Notes under the pieces: generated by a model
The model's input: the letters and a program-made list of their open reading frames with translations, nothing else
The model's database searches: none
What the model was told of the DNA's origin: nothing
Shown here: in pieces, positions 1-6,905 of the stretch
Position numbering within the stretch: position 1 is the stretch's first letter
Layout of the letters: every line of letters begins with the position of its first letter
Made by a program: the position numbers and the translations under genes
Assembly: GCA_050733075.1 (NCBI GenBank)
Contig: JBOHSD010000009.1
Span: 1,189-65,188 of the forward strand
DNA: 64,000 nt
Direction of reading: 5' to 3'
DNA from: Gemmatimonadales bacterium
Lineage (GTDB): Bacteria > Gemmatimonadota > Gemmatimonadetes > Gemmatimonadales > GWC2-71-9

Positions 1-270
1 CACCGCCGTCGCGATGGTGCCGTGTCCCGAGATCATTACGACCTGGGCCTTGGGATCCAGGTTTCGCAGGCGGGACAGGGTCTCGAGCCCATCAAGCCCG
101 GCCATTTTGACGTCCAGAAAGACCAGGTGGGGCCGAAACTCGGAGTAAACGGTAATCGCCTCGCCGCCGGACGCAGTCACCCGGACTGTGAGGTCTTCGT
201 ATTCCAGCACCTGCTTCAGAGCCTGCCGGATGCCCGCCTCGTCGTCCACGATCAGAATTCGATGGCTCAT
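1..270 (-). CDS. response regulator, receiver domain (N-terminal 90 aa; rest of gene lies beyond window start)
   Basis: Not in the ORF track because there is no stop in the window. Reverse translation from ATG 270-268 gives MSHRILIVDDEAGIRQALKQVLEYEDLTVRVTASGGEAITVYSEFRPHLVFLDVKMAGLDGLETLSRLRNLDPKAQVVMISGHGTIATAV. This is a CheY-like receiver; ISGHGT is typical of NtrC-type regulators. ATGA overlap with the upstream ORF stop. Confidence 0.8.
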   Translation of the reverse strand, partial: MSHRILIVDDEAGIRQALKQVLEYEDLTVRVTASGGEAITVYSEFRPHLVFLDVKMAGLDGLETLSRLRNLDPKAQVVMISGHGTIATAV

Positions 271-914
271 GGTCGAGGTACTCCCAGCAGGACCGCTCCG
301 GAGGGACGTATGCGGATCTCCCGGATGCCTGGTGGAATCCGGACCGGTACGGTGCGCCTGGTCGAATCACCAAACGCCTTGGCAACCAGCTTCGGCACCG
401 CGTCGCCGGGAATGGGAATCTCCCGTATCGAGAAGGAGCGCACCGCCCACTCCGCCCGGCCCGGCCCGACCACCTCCAGTGGACCGGCGGCCTGGACCGG
501 CTCCCTCGAGCGTAGCGCGAGAGCCAGGGGGCCGATTAGCTCGCGCGGGAGCCGTGCGGTGGCGAGCCTGGCGTTGACCGCGATGGATCCGTCTCCGAGC
601 TCGACCTGGAGCGAATCGAGCTGGCGCCTGAAATCAGGATCTAGCCCTGCCCCGATCAGCGAGGCCACTTCGGCCGGCGTCAGCACCACGGAATCGGCCC
701 TCCATCCGTTGAGCGAGTCGATCTTCGATTGGGCCGACATCAAGGCCCGGGTGCCTGGCCTGCCGGCACTGGTTGGCCCGTCGGTTCGGCCCGAGTCATG
801 GAACATCCGGTCGAGCTCCGCCGCCAGCCGGTCGCGGTACAACCACCCGATCGCGAGCACCACTACCAGACCCAGCACGCCCAGGAGCTTGAAGGGTGCG
901 GACAGGCAGCCCAT
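267..914 (-). CDS. hypothetical membrane-anchored protein
   Basis: 215-aa ORF with an N-terminal hydrophobic helix (LLGVLGLVVVLAIGWLY) and high GC3. Chained by ATGA overlaps to the genes on both sides. No family recognised. Confidence 0.6.
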   Translation of the reverse strand: MGCLSAPFKLLGVLGLVVVLAIGWLYRDRLAAELDRMFHDSGRTDGPTSAGRPGTRALMSAQSKIDSLNGWRADSVVLTPAEVASLIGAGLDPDFRRQLDSLQVELGDGSIAVNARLATARLPRELIGPLALALRSREPVQAAGPLEVVGPGRAEWAVRSFSIREIPIPGDAVPKLVAKAFGDSTRRTVPVRIPPGIREIRIRPSGAVLLGVPRP

Positions 915-1468
915 CAGTGCCCGAGGTCGAGCGTGAGGCGGGATTCGTAGCGCGGTCCGCTGGTGGTGAGCACGCTTTCGTAGAGCACCAGCTCCTGGGC
1001 CAGGAACGGCACCCGCTCGAAAGCCTCGGCATGGTCGTCGAGCCCTCCCGAGGGGAGTCGCTGACCTTCGCGCACCCGGCCCAGCGTCACGTGAGGCTGG
1101 AACGGCGCGCCTTCCGGTGGAAACCCGATCGCCTCACAGCCCCGCTCGATCCGGTCCTGGAGCAGCTCCAACGCGGGCGGGCCCTCGATTCCCACCCAAA
1201 GGATACGGGGGCGATTCCTGCTCGGAAACGCGCCCAGCTCACCGAGCCGGAGACCCAGGGCACCCGCGCCGTTGGCCGCATAGCGCAGCGCCTCGATGAT
1301 GACATCGAGCCGCTCGGCGGCCACTTCGCCGAAAAACTTGAGAGACATGTGGAGACCCTCGTCGTGCACCCAGCGGACCGGCCAGGCACCCTCACGCAAC
1401 TTGCCCAGCAGCCCGAGGATCTGCTCCCGCGCGGGGTCGGGAACGGGTACCGCGGCAAAGAGCCGCAT
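914..1468 (-). CDS. thpR: RNA 2',3'-cyclic phosphodiesterase (2H phosphoesterase, LigT/ThpR family)
   Basis: Start taken at MRLFAAVPVP (ATG 1468-1466). Two HxS/T motifs (HMSL, HVTL) at the spacing typical of 2H enzymes. ATGA overlaps at both ends. Confidence 0.85.
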   Translation of the reverse strand: MRLFAAVPVPDPAREQILGLLGKLREGAWPVRWVHDEGLHMSLKFFGEVAAERLDVIIEALRYAANGAGALGLRLGELGAFPSRNRPRILWVGIEGPPALELLQDRIERGCEAIGFPPEGAPFQPHVTLGRVREGQRLPSGGLDDHAEAFERVPFLAQELVLYESVLTTSGPRYESRLTLDLGH

Positions 1469-2277
1469 CAATGCGGGGCCCGCGACGCCATCGCGAGCAG
1501 CCCGCCCCGCCGGTACCCGGCGGGATCCAGCTCCACACCGCTGAAACCCAGCTCCGCGAAAACGGCCTCCACCGCCTGCCATTGGCTCCGCAGGCGATTC
1601 ATCTGATCGGGAGCGACCTCGAGCCGGGCCGTTCCGCCATGATGGCGCACCCGGAGATCGCCGGTGACACCGAGACCGCGGAGATATCCCTCCCCCTGCT
1701 CCACCTGCCGCAGGCGTTCGGGGGTGATCTCCAGCCCATACAATACCCGGCTGGAGAGGCAAGGCGCCGCCGGGGTGTTCCAGATGGCCAGGCCCAGCTC
1801 TCGCGCCGCGTGGCGGATCGCCGGTTTGCTCCAGCCCAGCTCGGCCAGCGGCGAGCGCACCTCCAGCTCGTTGGCCGCGCGCATTCCCGGCCGGTGCTCT
1901 CTTAGGTCATCGGCGTTGGTGCCGTCTATGAGCGTATCGAACCCGAGCTCCCGCACCACGCCGCGCAACCTGGCCCATAGCTCGGCTTTGCAGAAGTAGC
2001 AGCGATCAGTGGAGTTGCTCAGATACCTGGGATCCTCGAGCTCGTGAGTCTCGACCTCGAGAATAGGTATGTCGAATCGGGCGGCGAGGTCCAGCGCCTG
2101 TCGGGCCTGGGCCTCCGGCAACGAGGCGCTCCGGCCGATCACTGCGAGAAACCGCTCGGGGCCGAGCGCCTGGCGGGCGACAACGGCCAGCAGCCCCGAG
2201 TCTACCCCACCCGAATAACCCAGGACCACCCGGCCCATGGCCGACAGGTGAGCGCGCAGGGTATCGAGCTGTGCCAT
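1468..2277 (-). CDS. PP-loop ATP-utilising enzyme, LarE-like (TIGR00268-type)
   Basis: Start at MAQLDTLRAHL (ATG 2277-2275). PP-loop LGYSGGVDSGLL; later CYFCK and the family-typical C-terminus. The upstream ORF extension to 2577 runs through repeat DNA and is rejected. Confidence 0.8.
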   Translation of the reverse strand: MAQLDTLRAHLSAMGRVVLGYSGGVDSGLLAVVARQALGPERFLAVIGRSASLPEAQARQALDLAARFDIPILEVETHELEDPRYLSNSTDRCYFCKAELWARLRGVVRELGFDTLIDGTNADDLREHRPGMRAANELEVRSPLAELGWSKPAIRHAARELGLAIWNTPAAPCLSSRVLYGLEITPERLRQVEQGEGYLRGLGVTGDLRVRHHGGTARLEVAPDQMNRLRSQWQAVEAVFAELGFSGVELDPAGYRRGGLLAMASRAPH

Positions 2278-2317
2278 GGCAGTAACGTAATTGAGCAACG
2301 GCGTGAGCGGGAAGAGA

Positions 2318-2413
2318 AACCGGCTGGTGTGCTGTTGACTCCTGCTCTTTCTGGCGTGCTCGATGGAAGGGGAACTCAACTCGCCTACCGAGCGATCCGT
2401 TCCCATCGGTGTT
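2318..2413 (+). repeat. repeat module A, copy 1 (about 96 nt)
   Basis: AACCGGCTGGTGTGCTGTTGACTCCTGCTCTTTCTGGCGTGCTCGATGGAAGGGGAACTCAACTCGCCTACCGAGCGATCCGTTCCCATCGGTGTT. Direct repeat of 2820-2914. Its 3' part is homologous to 49932-49966. Confidence 0.85.
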
Positions 2414-2430
2414 CCAGCTAGACCGGCATG

Positions 2431-2532
2431 GCACTGGTGCTCGCAGCGGCGGGGTCGGGCCTGGCATCGAGGCTCGGCGACTTGCGATGCTGCGGGACCA
2501 CCCCGGAGGTCGGCCCCACCCGCCGCAGCGGC
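2431..2532 (+). repeat. repeat module B, copy 1 (about 102 nt)
   Basis: GCACTGGTGCTCGCAGCGGCGGGGTCGGGCCTGGCATCGAGGCTCGGCGACTTGCGATGCTGCGGGACCACCCCGGAGGTCGGCCCCACCCGCCGCAGCGGC. Direct repeat of 2700-2802. The head GGGACTGGTGCTCGCAGC also occurs at 54169-54186. Confidence 0.85.
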
Positions 2533-2546
2533 CGGGTTCGCCGCCG

Positions 2547-2692
2547 CACAAAAGAACGCAGTGCTTGGCGAGACCACCGGCTCGCTGCTTCCCCTCCCCC
2601 ACTGAGATCCTGGGAGTACTCAAGCTTAGTTATCAAAGCGGGGTGGGGCGCTGCGGGCAGCATGTCCCACCGAAACACTGCGTTCTTTTGTG
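2547..2692. repeat. 146-nt hairpin element bounded by a perfect 17-bp inverted repeat
   Basis: CACAAAAGAACGCAGTG (2547-2563) pairs with CACTGCGTTCTTTTGTG (2676-2692). Internal CCCCTCCCCC / GGGGTGGGG pairing extends the stem. Confidence 0.8.
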
Positions 2693-2699
2693 TGGAGGT

Positions 2700-2802
2700 G
2701 GGACTGGTGCTCGCAGCAGCGGGGTGGGGCCTGGCATGGAGGCTCGGCAGCTTGCGATGCTGCGGGACAAACCAGGAGGTCGGCCACCACCGCCGCAGCG
2801 GC
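2700..2802 (+). repeat. repeat module B, copy 2
   Basis: Direct copy of 2431-2532 with scattered substitutions. Confidence 0.85.
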
Positions 2803-2819
2803 TGAGCTCGCTGGCTCGG

Positions 2820-2914
2820 AACCGGCTGGTATGCTATTAACTCCTGCTATTCTGGCGTGCTCAATGGAAGGGGAGCTCAACTCCTCTACGGAGCGATCCG
2901 TTCCCATCGGTGTT
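2820..2914 (+). repeat. repeat module A, copy 2
   Basis: Direct copy of 2318-2413. Ends 50 nt before the arfB ATG. Confidence 0.85.
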
Positions 2915-2963
2915 CATCTGTGGCTCCCTTCTCTCCAGCGAGAGAAACTGCATAGCTTTACGA

Positions 2964-3401
2964 ATGGCCGATGACAACGTCGTTGAGTTCACCCCCGCGC
3001 TCCGCATCCCCATCGGCGAGCTCGAGTACCGCGCCTCGCGCTCCGGGGGGCCGGGGGGCCAGCATGTGAACACCTCGTCCACCCGGATCGAGGTCTGGTG
3101 GAACGTGGCCGGCTCTCCCACGCTCAGCCCGGCACAACGCGCCCAGCTGCTGGAACGGCTGGGGCCCCGGCTCGATTCCAGCGGGCAGCTCCGGCTGGTG
3201 TCCAGCAGGTCGCGCAGCCAACTGCGCAATCGCGAGGACGTGACCGAGCGCTTGCGGTCGGTCGTTGCGGCGGCCTTGACTGTTCGGAAGAAAAGAAAGC
3301 CCACCCGGCCCAGTCGGGCGGCCAAGGCGGCCCGGCTGGAAGCCAAGCGGCGGCGTGCCGCGCTCAAGCGAGAACGGCGCGACCCAACCTCGTACGAGTA
3401 G
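2964..3401 (+). CDS. arfB: alternative ribosome-rescue factor ArfB (peptidyl-tRNA hydrolase, GGQ protein)
   Basis: Start at MADDNVVEF (ATG 2964). SGGPGGQHVNTSSTRIE GGQ motif and a basic C-terminal tail (RKKRKPTRPSRAAKAARLEAKRRRAALKRERR). Confidence 0.9.
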   Translation: MADDNVVEFTPALRIPIGELEYRASRSGGPGGQHVNTSSTRIEVWWNVAGSPTLSPAQRAQLLERLGPRLDSSGQLRLVSSRSRSQLRNREDVTERLRSVVAAALTVRKKRKPTRPSRAAKAARLEAKRRRAALKRERRDPTSYE

Positions 3402-3414
3402 CAGCAGACTGGGG

Positions 3415-3438
3415 GCCGGGCGCTACGATGTGCCCGGC
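3415..3438 (+). terminator. GC hairpin downstream of arfB (terminator-like, no U tract)
   Basis: GCCGGGC (3415-3421) pairs with GCCCGGC (3432-3438), 10-nt loop, 14 nt after the arfB stop. Confidence 0.4.
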
Positions 3439-3557
3439 ATCACAGCCATATAGCCTCGAGGCAAACAGCATACGCAACCGCCTCCGGAGATCGTGCGGCG
3501 GTAACAGCTCGAGATAAAACAAGAAGCGGGTGAACCTGGTAGGCAGAAAGCGACGTG

Positions 3558-4964
3558 ATGCCTGATCTAGAGACGACTAGCGGAAGCGAGGCCCCGGGAT
3601 CGCGCGCTCGCGGGAGCGCGCCGAAGCCCACACTCAGCACCCTGGACGGGGTAGTCCTCATCGTAGGCCTGGTCCTCGGTGCGGGAATCTTTCGGGCTCC
3701 TCAATTTGTCGCGGGCGGCAGCTCGACCGGCCAGATGTTCCTGGCCCTCTGGGCGCTGGGCGGCTTCATCTCATTTGTCGGAGCTCTCTGCTACGCCGAG
3801 CTTGCGTCGGCGTACCCGAGCGCCGGCGGCGAGTATCACTTCTTGAAGCGGGCGTTCGGCGTCAGGGCCGGCTTTCTCTGCGCCTGGTCGCGTTTGGCGG
3901 TCATCCAGACCGGCTCGATTGCCATCCTGGCGTTCGTGGTGGGCGACTACGCGGTGGCCATCAGCGGAGGTGATGGTCTTCCGTCGTGGAGCTCTGCCGC
4001 GGTGGCCGCGGCCGTCGTAATCATTCTCACGGCACTGAACCTGACAGGACTTCGGCAAGGATGCAGGACCCAGTACGCTCTCACCTCACTCGAGGTACTC
4101 GCACTGGTCGCCGTCATCACGGTGGGGCTCGCGGCGGCTGTTCCGGCGGCTCCTCCTACCACCCCGCCACTAGCGGCAGACACTGCGCCTGCGTCAGGCA
4201 TCGCTCTCGCCTTCGTCTTCGTGCTCCTCACCTTTGGCGGGTGGAGCGAGGCCGCTTACCTCTCAGCCGAGTTCCGCGACCGCCGGCGGGGAGTTCTTCG
4301 CACCCTGGGCTGGGGCCTGGGCATTATCACACTGCTGTACCTGCTTGCCAACGCTGCCTACCTGCGCCGCCTCGGACTCGATGGAATAGCGGCCTCGACT
4401 GCGGTCGCGGCCGACGTCATGCGGGCATCGGTCGGTGGCTGGGGTGCGCTGGCTGTCAGCCTGGGTGTCATGGTCGCGGCGCTCTCCTCGGCCAACGCGA
4501 CGATGATCACCGGCGCCCGTAGCAACTACGCAGTGGGGCGAGATGTGTCGCTCTTCCGGTTCCTGGGTACCTGGAACGAGCGCCAGGCCACTCCCCGGGC
4601 GGCGTTCCTGCTTCAGGGAACCATTGCGCTCTGGCTGGTCGGCTTCGGCTCCCTGGCACGCAGTGGCTTCGAGGCCATGGTGGCCTACACGGCGCCAGTA
4701 TTCTGGCTCATTCTGTTGGCGACCGGCGTCTCGGTTTTGGTCCTCCGGCGTCGCGAGCCGTCTGTGGCACGGCCCTTCCGGGTGCCATTCTATCCGGTGA
4801 CACCCCTGCTGTTCTGCGCCTTTGCAGGTTACATGCTTCACGCGAGCGTTGCCTACGCCGGCCGAGGGGCGTTGCTCGGCCTCGCCGTCATGCTCCTGGG
4901 AATACCGATTCTTACCTTTGCTCGTACCCGAGCCGCGGCCAGCGCCCCGGCTTTGACCTCTTGA
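3558..4964 (+). CDS. APC-family amino acid permease
   Basis: 468-aa polytopic ORF (about 12 hydrophobic segments). The N-terminus LIVGLVLGAGIFRAPQ is typical of APC transporters. GTG 3555 and ATG 3558 are both possible starts. Confidence 0.85.
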   Translation: MPDLETTSGSEAPGSRARGSAPKPTLSTLDGVVLIVGLVLGAGIFRAPQFVAGGSSTGQMFLALWALGGFISFVGALCYAELASAYPSAGGEYHFLKRAFGVRAGFLCAWSRLAVIQTGSIAILAFVVGDYAVAISGGDGLPSWSSAAVAAAVVIILTALNLTGLRQGCRTQYALTSLEVLALVAVITVGLAAAVPAAPPTTPPLAADTAPASGIALAFVFVLLTFGGWSEAAYLSAEFRDRRRGVLRTLGWGLGIITLLYLLANAAYLRRLGLDGIAASTAVAADVMRASVGGWGALAVSLGVMVAALSSANATMITGARSNYAVGRDVSLFRFLGTWNERQATPRAAFLLQGTIALWLVGFGSLARSGFEAMVAYTAPVFWLILLATGVSVLVLRRREPSVARPFRVPFYPVTPLLFCAFAGYMLHASVAYAGRGALLGLAVMLLGIPILTFARTRAAASAPALTS

Positions 4965-4981
4965 GCCTTTGAGGGAATCTC

Positions 4982-5929
4982 ATGAATGCCAACGTACAGC
5001 AAACCAGCCTTCAGGCATTCGCGCGCCGAGCTTCCCTCGCATACCTGCTCGGGATGGCCTGGCCGGCTTACGTCACCAGCCAGCAGGACACTTCACCGAC
5101 CCGCACTCCCGACGTCCACTTCGTGCCGACCGATCCCAAGGCGGTGGGCATCATGCTCAGCGCAGCCAAGGTTGGGAGCAAGGATGTGGTCTACGATCTC
5201 GGTTGTGGCGATGGGCGCTTCGTCATCACCGCGGTGAAGCGTCACGGCGCCCGCGGGGTCTGCGTCGACATCGATCCGGTTCGGATTGCCGAGAGCCGCC
5301 AGAACGCCGATACGGCCGGCGTTGCCCGGCGGATCACCTTCCACGAGGGCGATCTCTTCGAGATGGATCTGAGCGACGCCACCGTGGTCACTCTTTACCT
5401 CCTCCCTGCCCTCAATGAGCGGCTCCGGCCCAAGCTCTTCCGAGAGCTGCGTCCAGGAGCGCGGGTGGTCTCGAACGCGTTCGACATGGGCGACTGGGAG
5501 GCGGACAGCATGCTACGCATGAACCCGACCTCGAGCTTTCCCGCGTTCGGTTATCTGTGGGTAATGCCGGCCGACGTGGCGGGTGTCTGGAACGTGACCG
5601 TGACCGGAGCCGGAGGAACTGGAGCTCGAGGTGAACGCCAGTACGAGGTCCGGATGGATCAGCGTTACCAGCAGGTGAAGGCGGCCGGCACCGCCGGGGG
5701 ACGACGGGTTGCGGTAACGGATGCGATGCTCAAGGGAGACCGGCTCGGCTTTGCCATACAGGACTCGGGCCGGGACCAGACGTTGCGGTTTGCCGGCCGG
5801 GTGACCGGGGACCGTGCGGCCGGCACGGTGACCGGAGCCGGAGAGAAGAATGCTCGCTGGACCGCAGTTCGAGCCGAGCGGGGCCCCCGGCCGGAGCTGG
5901 AGCCGGAGGGGGCTGACGAGAAGGATTGA
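4982..5929 (+). CDS. class I SAM-dependent methyltransferase with N-terminal signal/anchor and extra C-terminal domain
   Basis: VVYDLGCGDGRF motif I, CVDIDP motif II. GAGGGA Shine-Dalgarno 6 nt upstream of the ATG. Confidence 0.8.
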   Translation: MNANVQQTSLQAFARRASLAYLLGMAWPAYVTSQQDTSPTRTPDVHFVPTDPKAVGIMLSAAKVGSKDVVYDLGCGDGRFVITAVKRHGARGVCVDIDPVRIAESRQNADTAGVARRITFHEGDLFEMDLSDATVVTLYLLPALNERLRPKLFRELRPGARVVSNAFDMGDWEADSMLRMNPTSSFPAFGYLWVMPADVAGVWNVTVTGAGGTGARGERQYEVRMDQRYQQVKAAGTAGGRRVAVTDAMLKGDRLGFAIQDSGRDQTLRFAGRVTGDRAAGTVTGAGEKNARWTAVRAERGPRPELEPEGADEKD

Positions 5930-5944
5930 TTTCCAGGACTATAA

Positions 5945-6050
5945 CGCGATTGAAATCGCTGCTCGGCAAGGCGTGGCTGCGATAAATTTTCGCTTTAGCC
6001 GCCGGTCTACGTCCGCGATTGAAATCGCTGCTCGGCACGGCGTGGCTGCG
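5945..6050 (+). repeat. two 37-nt direct repeats separated by a 32-nt unique spacer (CRISPR-like geometry, orphan)
   Basis: CGCGATTGAAATCGCTGCTCGGCA[A/C]GGCGTGGCTGCG at 5945-5981 and 6014-6050 (1 mismatch). Each copy contains the dyad GCGAT-TGAA-ATCGC. Spacer is 5982-6013. Confidence 0.7.
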
Positions 6051-6135
6051 CCACGCGGTAAAGGCCGAGCTTCTGCGCCTTCACGAGTGTGCGAAGAAGA
6101 GCGCCCGCGAGCGGCGATTTGGTGCCGGGGCCAAC

Positions 6136-6372
6136 CTGATTCTGGAAGCGGGCGCGTTGCACGGCCCGGGCCCGCTCGACCCGGCTCCGGATGATGGCGC
6201 TGGATTCGCCGTATTGCTCGCCGACCAGATCGCCATAGGCCACCGCCGGGACCTCGAGGTGGATGTCTATGCGGTCCAGCAGGGGCCCGGAAATTCGGGA
6301 GCGGTAGCGCTCGATGGCCAGCGAGCCGCAGTTGCAGGCATGTAGCGGACTACTGAAGTAGCCGCACGGACA
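6136..6372 (-). pseudogene. internal fragment of comM (237 bp), duplicate of 10213-10449
   Basis: 236/237 nt identical to the comM segment encoding CPCGYF..RFQNQ. The reading frame is not comM-like on either side of the fragment. Confidence 0.9.
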
Positions 6373-6452
6373 TCCTCGCGTTGCCTTTCTGTCATGTTCG
6401 GTTACGTGCACCAAAACCACTGCCTCGTTCCTATCCGCAAGTCCCTGCAACG

Positions 6453-6796
6453 ATGGGAGATCACCTGCGGAAGCGGCGGCTTGACCTTGGACTCCTCCAG
6501 CGTGAGGTCGCCGAGCGGATCGGCGTGGACGAGACGACGGTCACGAATTGGGAGCTGAAGCGAACCACCCCGACCCTGCGGTTCGTACCGGAATTATTGG
6601 GTTCCTTGGCTACGCGCCCTCCCCAACTAGTGCGTAGGTGCCGGATCGGCTCCGGACCTGCCGGAGACTCCGCGGCCTCTCCCAGAATCGCCTTGCCTGC
6701 CTTTTTCAGGTCGATGAGAGCACGCTCGCCCGCTGGGAGCGGGGAACCCGGCGGCCATCACCCGCCGATCTCACGATCCTTCAACCTACCCTCTAG
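6453..6796 (+). pseudogene. XRE-family double-HTH regulator, disrupted (1 frameshift plus 1 in-frame TAG)
   Basis: HTH 1 is MGDHLRKRRLDLGLLQREVAERIGVDETTVTNWELKRTTPTLRFVP. The expected continuation GIIGFLGYAPSPTSA lies in the next frame from about 6590. TAG falls at 6635-6637. The same frame then encodes HTH 2, RLRGLSQNRLACLFQVDESTLARWERGTRRPS, ending at TAG 6794-6796. Confidence 0.7.
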
Positions 6797-6905
6797 ACAT
6801 CCGAGGGTTAAGAGATAAACAGGCAGCAGTAGTTCACTTTCAGGGTTAAGCCGAGGCCGCAGCGTGGCTTCCTGGCGATCGCTGGCCATACAAGGAACAT
6901 TCTAG

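Noticed and set aside
2006-2974. Small ORFs in the repeat block (MGTDRSVGELSSPSIEHARK..., MALVLAAAGSGLASRLGDLRCCG..., ..ERSVPIGVHLWLPSL).
   Set aside because: They are translations of dispersed repeat modules A and B. They occur in both copies with frame-independent substitutions and lack a coding GC3 pattern.
5945-6050. Calling the 37/32/37-nt unit a CRISPR array.
   Set aside because: There are only two repeat copies and one spacer. No cas genes or leader-like AT-rich region are in the window, and it sits at a rearrangement junction. It is kept as a repeat and a low-priority finding, not annotated as CRISPR.
6007-6450. 147-aa minus-strand ORF as a small ComM-like gene.
   Set aside because: Only the central 79 codons are comM-derived (exact duplicate of 10213-10449). 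The flanks are unrelated and it lacks all AAA+ motifs, so it is annotated as a pseudogene fragment.
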